A DNA stretch of 64,000 nt from Gemmatimonadales bacterium. GTDB lineage: Bacteria; Gemmatimonadota; Gemmatimonadetes; Gemmatimonadales; GWC2-71-9. The notes under the pieces were generated by a model, which was not told the origin of the DNA, searched no databases, and worked only from the letters and a program-made list of their open reading frames with translations. This document shows, piece after piece, positions 44,372 to 53,935 of the stretch; the stretch's first letter is position 1; each line of letters begins with the position of its first letter. The position numbers and the translations under genes are program-made. The stretch covers positions 7,984 to 71,983 of the forward strand of contig JBOHSH010000017.1 in assembly GCA_050733195.1 (NCBI GenBank), in the 5' to 3' direction.

Positions 44372-46396
44372 ATGGATTGGCGCATACTGATTCGCCGATC
44401 GGCGCCCAGGCGGGCGCTGATCGTTGCTTCGCAGATCGTCGTCACCGCCGCCGCGTTCTACGCCGCTTTCTCGCTGCGGTTCGAATTCGACATCCCGGCG
44501 CGGACGTTCCGCCGCTTCCTCGAGACGCTTCCCTACCTCGTGCTGATCCGGGTCGCGGTCGCGCATCGGTTCCGGCTCGATCGCGGCTACTGGCAGCACG
44601 TCGGCATGCAGGACCTGCTGCACCTGACCGCGGCCACGACGTTCGGCTCGCTGCTCTTCCCGGCGGTGCTGCTGGCCCTGGGCCAGCTCCGCGGGATCCC
44701 GCTCTCGGTATTCGTGCTGGACTGGATCCTGGCCCTGTGCCTCGCGGGCGGGCTGCGCATCGCCGCCCGGTGGACCCGGGAGCGCGGGCGTCCCCGGGCC
44801 GCCGACGCCCGCCGGACCTTCATCGTGGGCGCCGGCACTGCCGGAGAGCAGATCCTCCGCCAGCTCCAGCATGCGCCCGAATGCCGCTATCACGTCGTGG
44901 GACTGATCGATGACGATCCGGCCAAAGCGGGCCGGTCGCTCCACGGCGTGCCGGTGCTCGGGTCCAGCGATCAGCTCCGGGGGCTCGTCCCGCTTCATCG
45001 GGCGCCGCAGGTGCTCATCGCGATTCCGTCGGCTTCGGCGAGCCAGCTGCGCGCGCTCGTGGAACGGTGCGTCGACGCCGGCGCCGAGGTGAAGATCCTT
45101 CCTCCGCTCAAGGACCTGGTGACCGACCAGGTGGAGGTCAGCCAGGTTCGCGACGTCCAGATCGAGGATCTGCTCGGCCGCGAGCCGGTGAGCCTCGACC
45201 TCAAGGCCATCGCGCCGCAGCTCGCCGGCCGGGTGGTCGTCGTCACGGGCGCGGGGGGATCGATCGGATCGGAGCTCGCGCGCCAGATCGCGGCCTTCCA
45301 TCCGCTCACCCTCATCCTCATCGACCGGGCGGAGAGCCCTCTCCACTCCATCCACCTCGAGCTCTCCACAGCCTGCCCCGAGGTGCACGTCGTGCCGGTG
45401 CTCGCGAGCGTCACCAACCCGGAGCGGATGCAGCACGTCTTCGACGTCTACCGTCCCGACTGCGTCTTCCACGCCGCGGCCTACAAGCACGTGCCGATGC
45501 TCGAGTGGAACGTGGTCGAGGGCGTGTGGAACAACGTGATCGGCACCCTCTGCGTGGCCCGCTGCGCCGCGCGCTCCGGGACGCGGAAGTTCGTCCTCAT
45601 CTCGACCGACAAGGCGGTGAACCCGGCGAGCGTGCTGGGCGCGACCAAGCTCATCGCGGAGCGCATCGTGCTCGAGCTGCCCTCGCTCCGCAGCGCCCCC
45701 ACCGATTTCCGCGTCGTCCGCTTCGGCAACGTGCTCGGCTCGGACGGCAGCGTGGTCCCGCTCTTCAAGCGCCAGCTGGCGGCCGGCGGCCCGATCACGG
45801 TGACGCATCCCGAGGTCCGGCGCTGGTTCATGACGATCCCCGAGGCGGTCCAGCTGGTGCTGCAGGCGGCCGCGCTGCCCGAAGCGATGGGCCGGATCGC
45901 GGTCCTGGAGATGGGGACCCAGGTGCGGATCCTCGATCTCGCGCACCAGCTCATCCGGCTCGCGGGCCTCGAGCCGGAAGAGGACGTGCCGATCGTCTTC
46001 ACCGGCCTGCGCCCGGGGGAGAAGCTCGAGGAAGAGCTGGTGGGTCCGGCCGAGACGGCGCTCCCCACGAGCATCGACAAGATCCGGGTCGTCGATCGGA
46101 ACGGGAACGGACACGGTGACGAGCTGGCCCGCCGGCTTCGCCACCTGACGCACGTGACGGCGCGGCGCGACGAGCAGGCGCTGCTCCGCGCGCTGGCCTC
46201 GCTGGCGCCCGAGTATCAGCCCGGACTGCGGCTGACGAGTCTCCCGGGCGGCAACGGCAATGGCAACGGCCAGCTCAACGGGAACGGGAGCGCGCACAAG
46301 CACCTGCACCTCCGCCGGGGCCGGGAGCGGCTGATGCGGCCACCCATCGCGCTGCCGTCGGGAACGTTGCCGCGACTCAAGAACGGAAGCGCCTGA
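44372..46396 (+). CDS. membrane-anchored nucleotide-sugar 4,6-dehydratase (CapD/PglF/WbpM family)
   Basis: Four N-terminal TM helices, then two Rossmann regions (FIVGAGTAGEQ; VVVTGAGGSIGSEL) and YKHVP/STDKAV motifs. Confidence 0.9.
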   Translation: MDWRILIRRSAPRRALIVASQIVVTAAAFYAAFSLRFEFDIPARTFRRFLETLPYLVLIRVAVAHRFRLDRGYWQHVGMQDLLHLTAATTFGSLLFPAVLLALGQLRGIPLSVFVLDWILALCLAGGLRIAARWTRERGRPRAADARRTFIVGAGTAGEQILRQLQHAPECRYHVVGLIDDDPAKAGRSLHGVPVLGSSDQLRGLVPLHRAPQVLIAIPSASASQLRALVERCVDAGAEVKILPPLKDLVTDQVEVSQVRDVQIEDLLGREPVSLDLKAIAPQLAGRVVVVTGAGGSIGSELARQIAAFHPLTLILIDRAESPLHSIHLELSTACPEVHVVPVLASVTNPERMQHVFDVYRPDCVFHAAAYKHVPMLEWNVVEGVWNNVIGTLCVARCAARSGTRKFVLISTDKAVNPASVLGATKLIAERIVLELPSLRSAPTDFRVVRFGNVLGSDGSVVPLFKRQLAAGGPITVTHPEVRRWFMTIPEAVQLVLQAAALPEAMGRIAVLEMGTQVRILDLAHQLIRLAGLEPEEDVPIVFTGLRPGEKLEEELVGPAETALPTSIDKIRVVDRNGNGHGDELARRLRHLTHVTARRDEQALLRALASLAPEYQPGLRLTSLPGGNGNGNGQLNGNGSAHKHLHLRRGRERLMRPPIALPSGTLPRLKNGSA

Positions 46397-46435
46397 CCGG
46401 TCCGCCGGACCGGGAGGCGAGGGTCTCGGGGGATT

Positions 46436-47611
46436 ATGACGGGTACGCGGACCATCCGGACGGAATTCCTTCCTTTCGCGCCGCCGTCCATCGGGCGCGA
46501 GGAAATCGACGAGGTCGTCGATACGCTGCAGTCTCCGTGGATCACCACCGGGCCGAAGACGCATCGCTTCGAGCGCGAGTTCGCGTCGTTCCTCGGGGCT
46601 CCCGGCGCGCTCGCGATGAACTCCTGCACCGCCGCGCTGCACACCGCGCTGGTGGCGATGGGCATCGGCCCGGGAGACGAGGTGATCACCACGCCGCTCA
46701 CCTTCGCGGCCACGGTGAACGTGATCGAGCACGTCGGCGCGCGGCCGGTCCTCGTGGATGTGGAGCCCGACACCCTGAACCTCGATCCGTCGCGGCTCGA
46801 GGCGGCGATCACGCCGCGCACCAAGGCCGTCATCCCGGTGCACTACGCCGGACATCCCGCCGAGCTCGATCCCATCCACGGGATCGCCGGCCGGCACGGC
46901 CTGCACGTCCTCGAGGATGCGGCGCATGCCCTTCCCGCGCGCTACCGGGGGCGTCCGGTGGGCAGCGGCGCGAACCTGGCGGCCTTCAGCTTCTACGCGA
47001 CGAAGAACCTCACGACCGCCGAAGGCGGCATGCTCACCGGTGATCCGGGTCTGCTCGAGCGGGCGCGGATCATCGGGCTGCACGGGATGACGGGGGACGC
47101 CTGGAAGCGCTACGCCAAAGGCGGGACCTGGCGCTACGAGGTGATTCTTCCCGGCTTCAAGTACAACATGACGGACCTGCAGGCCGCGCTGGGGCTGCAG
47201 CAGCTCCGCAAGCTGGAACGCTTCCACGCGCGGCGGCAGGAGATCGCGGAGCGCTACACCGAGGCCTTCGGGGCGGACGACGCCCTCGAGCCGCCCTCCA
47301 CGCGGAGCTGGGTCGAGCCGGCCTGGCACCTGTACGTGCTCCGGCTCCGGCCGGAGGCGCTGGTGATCGACCGCGACCGGTTCATCGAGGAGCTGTCCGC
47401 GCGCGCGATCGGGACGTCCGTGCACTTCATCCCGATTCACCTCCATCCCTACTACCGCGACAAGTACGGGTACGAGCCGCACGCGCTCCCCGTGGCGTAC
47501 GGGAACTTTCTCCGCATGCTGAGCCTGCCCGTCTACCCGCGCCTCACGGACGAGGACGTGACCGACGTCATCGAGGCAGTCCAGGATGTCGTGCGCGTGC
47601 ACCGGCGCTAG
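46436..47611 (+). CDS. DegT/DnrJ/EryC1/StrS-family sugar aminotransferase (PglE/WecE-like)
   Basis: Motifs FAPPSIGREEIDEV, DEVITTPLTFAAT and SFYATKNLTTAEGG (PLP Lys). Confidence 0.9.
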   Translation: MTGTRTIRTEFLPFAPPSIGREEIDEVVDTLQSPWITTGPKTHRFEREFASFLGAPGALAMNSCTAALHTALVAMGIGPGDEVITTPLTFAATVNVIEHVGARPVLVDVEPDTLNLDPSRLEAAITPRTKAVIPVHYAGHPAELDPIHGIAGRHGLHVLEDAAHALPARYRGRPVGSGANLAAFSFYATKNLTTAEGGMLTGDPGLLERARIIGLHGMTGDAWKRYAKGGTWRYEVILPGFKYNMTDLQAALGLQQLRKLERFHARRQEIAERYTEAFGADDALEPPSTRSWVEPAWHLYVLRLRPEALVIDRDRFIEELSARAIGTSVHFIPIHLHPYYRDKYGYEPHALPVAYGNFLRMLSLPVYPRLTDEDVTDVIEAVQDVVRVHRR

Positions 47612-47616
47612 CGGCG

Positions 47617-48564
47617 ATGCGGTTCGCGTGGGTGGGATTCCATGCGGAGGGCCTTCCTGCGCTCGAGGCCATGCTGGACGCACGCGCGCCGATCAAGGCC
47701 GTCCTGACCCTCGAGCCCGCGCTGGCGGCGCAGCGGAGCGCGCACGGCGACTACGACTCGCTCTGCCGGCGCTTCGACGTGCCGCTGCTCTACATCGCGC
47801 ACATCAACGAGCCGAGGGCGCACCACCTGCTGACGCGGCTCGCCCCGGACGTGGTCTTCGTGATCGGATGGCATCAGGTGGCACGGCGGCCGACGCTCGA
47901 CCTGGCGCGCGTCGGCATGATCGGCGCGCACGCCGGCCTCCTCCCGCACAACCGGGGGAGCGCGCCGATCAACTGGGCGCTGATCCGCGGCGAGCAGGAG
48001 ACCGGCAACACGCTGCTCTGGCTGGCCGACGGGGTGAACGCCGGGGACATCATCGACCAGACGGTGATCCCGATCTCGCCGTACGACACCTGCGCCACGC
48101 TGTACGCGCGCGTCGCCGAATCGAACCGCGAGATGCTGCTCCGGCTTCTGCCCCGGCTCCTGGCCGGCGAGCGCCCGGGGCGCCCGCAGCCGCCGTCGGC
48201 CGAGCCGCTCCTGCCGCGGCGACGGCCCGCGGACGGCACGATCGACTGGAGCCGCCCCGCCCCGGCGGTCTACGACTTCGTGCGGGCGCTCACCCGTCCC
48301 TACCCCGGCGCGTTCAGCTGTCTGGACGGGCGGCGCTGGCGCATCTGGCAGGCGGCGCTGCCCGACGGCGCGAACGGGTCGCGGGAGCCGGGCAGCATCC
48401 TGGGCCCGAGCGTGAGTCCGGTGGACGACGCGTGCGGGCTGCTCGTGGCGTGCGGCGAGGGCTCGGTCATCCTGCTCGAGGTGGAGAGTCCGGACGGCGA
48501 GGTGCTCCGCGGCCGGGCGCTGAGCGAGCAGACGTGGGCGGGGCAACGGTGGAATGATGGCTAA
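47617..48564 (+). CDS. formyltransferase-family enzyme (putative sugar N-formyltransferase)
   Basis: Formyl_trans_N pattern IGAHAGLLPHNRGSAPINWALI and DAGDIIDQ. It lies directly after the aminotransferase. Confidence 0.8.
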   Translation: MRFAWVGFHAEGLPALEAMLDARAPIKAVLTLEPALAAQRSAHGDYDSLCRRFDVPLLYIAHINEPRAHHLLTRLAPDVVFVIGWHQVARRPTLDLARVGMIGAHAGLLPHNRGSAPINWALIRGEQETGNTLLWLADGVNAGDIIDQTVIPISPYDTCATLYARVAESNREMLLRLLPRLLAGERPGRPQPPSAEPLLPRRRPADGTIDWSRPAPAVYDFVRALTRPYPGAFSCLDGRRWRIWQAALPDGANGSREPGSILGPSVSPVDDACGLLVACGEGSVILLEVESPDGEVLRGRALSEQTWAGQRWNDG

Positions 48565-49309
48565 GCGCCTGTTCGACCTCCTCTCCGCGACGGTGGCGCT
48601 GGTGGTCCTGGCGCCGGTGCTCCTGCTCGCCGCCGTCGGTATCCGGCTCTCGAGCCCGGGCCCCGTGCTGCACCGCGCGCCCCGCGCCGGGCGGTTCGGC
48701 CGTCCGTTCACGATGTACAAGCTCCGCACCATGCGGTTCGGAGCGCACCAGGGCGCGCGGGTGACCGCGGCGGGCGATCCCCGGGTCTTCCCGCTCGGAC
48801 GGCTCCTGCGCCGCCTCAAGATCGACGAGCTCCCGCAGCTCGTGAACGTGCTCCGCGGCGAGATGTCGGTGGTCGGGCCGCGCCCGGAAGACCCGGGGAT
48901 CGTCGTGGAGCAGTACCGGCCGGCGCACTGGCACACCCTGCGGGTCCGGCCCGGGCTCTCGAGTCCCGGGAGCCTCTACCACGATACCCACTGCGTCCGC
49001 CTCGTCGCCGGTGACGATCCGGAGCGCCTCTATCTCGAACGGGTCCTCCCGCTCAAGCTCGCGCTCGATCTGGTCTACGTCCGGCGGGCGTCCTTCGGCT
49101 ACGACCTCGTCATCATCGCCCGGACGCTCTGGGTGATCGCGTCGAGCCTGGCCGGCCGGCGCCGTTTCCCCGAGCCGCCGGAGCTCGACGAGGCCCGCGG
49201 CCTCGTCGTCTCGATGCGAAGCGGCGCCGACGAGCCCCGCGTTCCCGCCGCGCGGCAGAGGCGCCGGGGTCCGCCGGCCGTGGCTTACGGCACGAGGGTC
49301 CGCCAGTGA
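48554..49309 (+). CDS. small phosphoglycosyl transferase (bacterial sugar transferase, PglC/WbaP C-domain type)
   Basis: MMAKRLFDLLSATVALVVLAPVLLL...GRFGRPFTMYKLRTM...DELPQLVNVLRGEMSVVGPRP. Confidence 0.9.
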   Translation: MMAKRLFDLLSATVALVVLAPVLLLAAVGIRLSSPGPVLHRAPRAGRFGRPFTMYKLRTMRFGAHQGARVTAAGDPRVFPLGRLLRRLKIDELPQLVNVLRGEMSVVGPRPEDPGIVVEQYRPAHWHTLRVRPGLSSPGSLYHDTHCVRLVAGDDPERLYLERVLPLKLALDLVYVRRASFGYDLVIIARTLWVIASSLAGRRRFPEPPELDEARGLVVSMRSGADEPRVPAARQRRRGPPAVAYGTRVRQ

Positions 49310-51567
49310 TCGCCGCGCCGTCGCTCACCGTCCGCGAAGCGGAGGGCGCCGACCTCGATCGGTGGGATGCGCTCGTCCACGCCTTTCCGAACTCGCGGGT
49401 GACGCATACCCAGCCGTGGATTCGCGCGCTGGAGGCTTCCGGCTACGGGAGGCCGCTCCATCTCCTCGTCGAGCGCGACGGCGAAACCATCGGCGCCCTG
49501 CCCGGGCTGCTGTCGACGGTGGGGCGGTGGCGCCTCTTCGGCTCCCCGCGCATGGGGTGGCAGACGGTGAGCATGGGGCCGGTGTTCGATCCCGATCGCG
49601 TCACGACCGGCGAGATCGTCGGCGCCGTCGTGCCCTACCTCGAGGCGCGCCATCGCGTCGCCCACATCGAGCTGATGCACACGGGTCTCGATGCCGAGGC
49701 CATGGAGCGGCTGGGATTCCGCGGCGAGCCCGTGGTCACCTACCGCGCCCCGCTCTTCCCGGGCGAAGAGCGGCAGGCGTTCCAGCGGCTCCAGGGCAGC
49801 GCCCGTCGCAATGTCCGGCGTGCCGAGCGACTCGGCCTCGAGATCCGGTTCGAGTCCGACGAGGCGTTCGTGGACGAGCACTACGCGCAGCTGCGCGAGG
49901 TCTACCTCCACGGCGGCCACACGGTTCCGTTCGGACGCCGGCGGCTCCTCGAGACGTTTCGCCATCTCCGCGCGGCCGGGAAGCTGCTCGCCGTCGCCGC
50001 GTATCTGCCCGGCGGTCGCGTCTGCATCGCCACGGGCACGTTTCTGCTCGACGGCCGGGAGCTGTCGCTCTGGATGTGGGCGCACCGCCTCCATTACCGC
50101 TGGTACCGGCCGACCGAGCTGATGACCTGGACGGTGATGCAGCGCGCGATGGAAGCCGGCTGCACGTCGTTCGACCTCATGGGCGGCGGGGAGTTCAAGA
50201 TGAAGCTGGGGGCCGAGCTGGATACCACGAAGCGCCGCTGGATGCGGAGCCGCCCGACCTGGCTCGGGGCGGCCCGCAGCGTGGCGCGGGCCGGATTCCA
50301 CTGGCAGCAGGCCGTGCGCGGGCGGGCCGCGCGCCTGACCCGCGGCCGGAGCCCTCGCGCCGGCCATCGGGAAGCCGCCGCCTGCGTGCTGGGAGACGTG
50401 GATCTCGTGCGGGCTCTCGGTCTCGTCGGCATCCGCCCGGTGGTCGTCGCGCCTCCGGGCGACGCGGCCCTGTACTCCCGATTCACCCGCGCGGCCCTGC
50501 CCTGGCACGATCCGACCGCGGAGCCCGACGCCCTGCTCGAGTCGCTGCTCGAGTTCGCGTCCCGCGAGCCGGAGCCGCCGGTGCTCTTCTACGAGGACGA
50601 CGGCGGACTCCTCTTCATCTCCCGGCATCGCGACCAGCTGGCCAGGAGCTTCCGCTTCGTGCTGCCCGGGCCCGAGCTCGTGGAAGACCTGGTCGACAAG
50701 GGCCGGTTCCAGCGGCTCGCCGAGCGGCTCGAGCTTCCGGTGCCGCCGGCGCGCGCGGCCGACCCGCGCCGCGAGCCGCCGCCGGCCGAGCTCGATTTCT
50801 CCTCTCCGCTGATCCTCAAGCCGCTGATCCGCCGGCCGGAGAGCTGGCACCCGATTGCCGGAGAGCGGAAGGCGCTCTCCGTGGACTCCGCCGCCGAGCT
50901 GGCGGGGCTCTGGCCCAGGCTCGCGGAGGCGGGTCTCCCCGTGCTGCTTCAGGCTCGCATCGACGGGCCGGAGACCCGCATCGAGAGCTACCACGTCTAC
51001 GCCGACCAGTCGGGCCGGGTCGTCGCCGAGTTCACGGGTCGGAAGATTCGCACGCTCCCGGTCGAGTGCGGCGACAGCTCCGCGCTCGAGATCACCGCCC
51101 AGGCGGACGTCGCCGAGCTCGGCCGCACCCTGACGGCGCGACTCGGTCTCACCGGCGTGGCGAAGCTCGACTTCAAACGGGATGCCGGCGGGCGGCTCTT
51201 CCTGCTGGAAGTGAACCCGCGCTTCACGCTCTGGCATCATCTCGGCGCGCGCGCCGGCGTCAACATCCCCGCGATCGTCTATGGGGATCTCCTTGGCCGC
51301 CATCGCGGGCCGGTCGCCGCCGCCCGCTCCGGCGCCCGTTGGTGCAAGGTCTGGACGGACCACAGTGCCGCCCGCTCGCAGGGGCTCTCGTTCGCCCGGT
51401 GGCTGGTCTGGGCCCTCCGCTGCGACGCCAAGCGCGCCCTGGCCTGGGACGATCCCTGGCCCTTCGTCGGCGCGGGACTCTGGCGATGGCTGGTCAAATC
51501 CCGGCGGGAGTCCCGGTCCGCGGCGCCCTCCGCGCTCACGGCCGCCGGGACACCGCCATGCCCCTGA
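49306..51567 (+). CDS. fusion protein: FemAB-like/GNAT-fold aminoacyl-transferase domain + ATP-grasp ligase domain
   Basis: A single uninterrupted 753-codon frame. The N-terminal ~330 aa are FemAB/CelD-like (LHLLVERDGETIGALPG..., SLWMWAHRLHYRWYRPTELMTWTVMQRAMEAGCTSFDLMGGGEFK). The C-terminal ~400 aa are ATP-grasp (PLILKPL..., LLQARIDGPETRIESYHVY, AKLDFKRD..GRLFLLEVNPRF). GTG start in a GTGA overlap. Confidence 0.75.
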   Translation: MIAAPSLTVREAEGADLDRWDALVHAFPNSRVTHTQPWIRALEASGYGRPLHLLVERDGETIGALPGLLSTVGRWRLFGSPRMGWQTVSMGPVFDPDRVTTGEIVGAVVPYLEARHRVAHIELMHTGLDAEAMERLGFRGEPVVTYRAPLFPGEERQAFQRLQGSARRNVRRAERLGLEIRFESDEAFVDEHYAQLREVYLHGGHTVPFGRRRLLETFRHLRAAGKLLAVAAYLPGGRVCIATGTFLLDGRELSLWMWAHRLHYRWYRPTELMTWTVMQRAMEAGCTSFDLMGGGEFKMKLGAELDTTKRRWMRSRPTWLGAARSVARAGFHWQQAVRGRAARLTRGRSPRAGHREAAACVLGDVDLVRALGLVGIRPVVVAPPGDAALYSRFTRAALPWHDPTAEPDALLESLLEFASREPEPPVLFYEDDGGLLFISRHRDQLARSFRFVLPGPELVEDLVDKGRFQRLAERLELPVPPARAADPRREPPPAELDFSSPLILKPLIRRPESWHPIAGERKALSVDSAAELAGLWPRLAEAGLPVLLQARIDGPETRIESYHVYADQSGRVVAEFTGRKIRTLPVECGDSSALEITAQADVAELGRTLTARLGLTGVAKLDFKRDAGGRLFLLEVNPRFTLWHHLGARAGVNIPAIVYGDLLGRHRGPVAAARSGARWCKVWTDHSAARSQGLSFARWLVWALRCDAKRALAWDDPWPFVGAGLWRWLVKSRRESRSAAPSALTAAGTPPCP

Positions 51568-52445
51568 GCCTCCGAATGCCCGCGACTACGCTGCTCACCC
51601 TCCTCGTCGGCTGCGGCGACGGCCTGGGCCCGCTGCCCGGCTTCGAGGACGACGAGCCCGGCGCGGCCATTCTGGTCGGCAGCGGCGACATCGCCCTCTG
51701 CAACGGCCGCTGGGACGAGGCCACCGCCGAGCTGCTCGACGGAATACCCGGTATCGTCTTCACGACCGGCGACAACGTCTATCCCGACGGAACGGAGCAC
51801 GACTTCGAGACCTGCTATGCGCCGAGCTGGGGGCGCCACCGTTCCCGCACCCGGCCGAGCGCGGGCAATCACGAGTACGAGGTCGCCGGAGCCGCCGGCT
51901 ACTTCAAGTACTTCGGCGACCGCGCCGGTCCCGCCGGGGCGGGCTACTACAGTTACGACCACGGATCGTGGCACATCATCGTGCTCAACAGCAACCTGAG
52001 CCTCGGCGCGGGCTCGGCGCAGCTCCGCTGGCTCAAGGAGGACCTGAACGCGTCCACCGCGCGCTGCACCCTCGGCTACTGGCATCATCCCCACTTCACC
52101 TCGAGTCCGGGACCCGAGTGGGACAACCGGATCGAGACGGCGCTGCGCGTCCTCCATGAGGCGGGAGCGGAGGTGATCCTGAGCGGCCACGCGCACAATT
52201 ACGAGCGCTTCGCGCCGCAGACTCCCTGGGGCACCGCGGATGACGAGCGCGGGATCCGCCAGTTCGTGATCGGGACGGGAGGAGCCGAGCTGCATGGCTT
52301 CGGCCCGCCCGCCCCGCACAGCGAGATCCGCGGCCGAGCGTACGGCGTGCTGCGCCTGGCGCTCCGGGAGAACGGGTACTCCTGGCGGTTCGTGTCCGTC
52401 GCCGGCGAGCACTTCACCGATTCCGGGTCCGACGAATGTCACTGA
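51558..52445 (+). CDS. calcineurin-like metallophosphoesterase lipoprotein
   Basis: Lipobox LTLLVGC. Motifs GDIALC, TGDNVY, GNHEY, GHAHNYER. Confidence 0.8.
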   Translation: MPLSLRMPATTLLTLLVGCGDGLGPLPGFEDDEPGAAILVGSGDIALCNGRWDEATAELLDGIPGIVFTTGDNVYPDGTEHDFETCYAPSWGRHRSRTRPSAGNHEYEVAGAAGYFKYFGDRAGPAGAGYYSYDHGSWHIIVLNSNLSLGAGSAQLRWLKEDLNASTARCTLGYWHHPHFTSSPGPEWDNRIETALRVLHEAGAEVILSGHAHNYERFAPQTPWGTADDERGIRQFVIGTGGAELHGFGPPAPHSEIRGRAYGVLRLALRENGYSWRFVSVAGEHFTDSGSDECH

Positions 52446-53935
52446 TCGCCGATCCGCGCACGCGGGCGCGCTTCGACCTCGGCGCCGTGACCGCCCCCGT
52501 TCCGCCGATGGACGGGCTCCTCGCGGAGCTGGGCGATGCGCTCGAGGCCTCCGGCGCCCGGTACTGCCAGTGGAAGGGTCACACGCGCCGTGACCGATGG
52601 GTCACCGCGGCCGGCGATCTCGATCTCCTCGTGCATCGGGCCGACGCGGCGGCCTTCGGCAGCGCGCTCGAGCGGCTTGGCTTCAAGCTCGCGATGGCGG
52701 GGCCGGCGCTGCTGCTCCCCGGGGTCGTGAGCTATCTCGGGCACGATCCGGCGCTCGAGCGCCTGGTGCACGTCCACGCCCATTACCGGCTGGTGCTCGG
52801 ATCGCCCTGGCGGTGGCATTACCTCCTGCCGATCGAGAGCGAGGTGCTGGAGGCCTCGGTGCCGCGGGCACCCTTCCGCGCGCCGTCGCCCGCGCATGCC
52901 CTGCTGCTCTTCGTCCTGAATCAGACCCTGCGACACGAGGTCGCCGACCTGTGGCGCCGCGAGCCGGCATGGCTCCGCGCCATCGAGCCCGAGCTCCACC
53001 TGCTCGAGTCCGCCACCGACCGGCGTCAGGTCCGGCGCGAGCTCGAGCGGCTTCTACCTCAGGTCGAGCCCGGGCTGTTCGACCGATGCCTGGAGTCCCT
53101 CCGGCCCGAGCAGCCTCCGGGTGCCCGCCTCGCCGCGCGTGCCGCCCTCGAGCGGCGGCTGCGCGCGCTCAGGAGACGACCCTCGCCCGCGGCCTTCCCC
53201 GCCCGCCTCGCCGCGCGCGCGCGCAGACACGGCCTGCGGGGTGGGTGGCGGTGGATCCCGGGGAAGCGACTCGCTTCCGGCGGCGCGGTGATCGCCCTCG
53301 TCGGCGCGGACGGCGCGGGCAAGTCCAGCTGCGCGGCCGCGCTGGTCCAGTGGCTCGGTGCCGAGCTCCGGACGCGGCACGCCCATCTCGGGCGGCCCCC
53401 ACGACGCCTCGCGACGCTGCTCGCGGGCGCTTCGCTCAAGCTCGCCCGCCGGATCGACCGCGTGCGTGGCGCGCTCACGCCTTCGGCCCTCACGGCGCAC
53501 CTCGAGCTGCTCCGCCATGTCTGCACCGCCCGCGACCGCTACCTGCTCGCCCGGGGTGTCCGGCGCTTCGCCGCCGAGGGCGGCCTCGCCGTGTGCGAGC
53601 GCTATCCGGTGCCCGAGAGCCATGCGCTCGCCGGCCCGAGCGCCGCGCAGGGTCTCGGCCTCGCGGCGACGTCCCGGCTCGCGGGCCGGCTGCGCCAGGC
53701 GGAGGCGTCGTACTACGCCGGCATCGGCGCGCCGGACCTGGTGCTGGTGCTGCGGGTGGACGCGGACACGGCGGTGCGGCGCAAGACGAACGAGCCCCCC
53801 GACTACGTCCACGCGCGGGCCACGCTGCTCGAGGACGTGGAGTGGTCCGGGCCCTCGACCCGGATCGTCGACGCCGTGCGCCCCTTCCGTGACGTGCTGG
53901 AGGACCTCCGGGATCAGATCTGGAGGGCCCTGTGA
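52436..53935 (+). CDS. two-domain hypothetical: nucleotidyltransferase-like N-domain + P-loop (thymidylate-kinase-like) C-domain
   Basis: The N-terminus (RYCQWKGHTRRDRWVTAAGDLDLLV...HVHAHYRLVLG) resembles uncharacterised nucleotidyltransferase families. The C-terminus carries Walker A LVGADGAGKSS and DLVLVLRVD. Confidence 0.55.
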   Translation: MSLIADPRTRARFDLGAVTAPVPPMDGLLAELGDALEASGARYCQWKGHTRRDRWVTAAGDLDLLVHRADAAAFGSALERLGFKLAMAGPALLLPGVVSYLGHDPALERLVHVHAHYRLVLGSPWRWHYLLPIESEVLEASVPRAPFRAPSPAHALLLFVLNQTLRHEVADLWRREPAWLRAIEPELHLLESATDRRQVRRELERLLPQVEPGLFDRCLESLRPEQPPGARLAARAALERRLRALRRRPSPAAFPARLAARARRHGLRGGWRWIPGKRLASGGAVIALVGADGAGKSSCAAALVQWLGAELRTRHAHLGRPPRRLATLLAGASLKLARRIDRVRGALTPSALTAHLELLRHVCTARDRYLLARGVRRFAAEGGLAVCERYPVPESHALAGPSAAQGLGLAATSRLAGRLRQAEASYYAGIGAPDLVLVLRVDADTAVRRKTNEPPDYVHARATLLEDVEWSGPSTRIVDAVRPFRDVLEDLRDQIWRAL

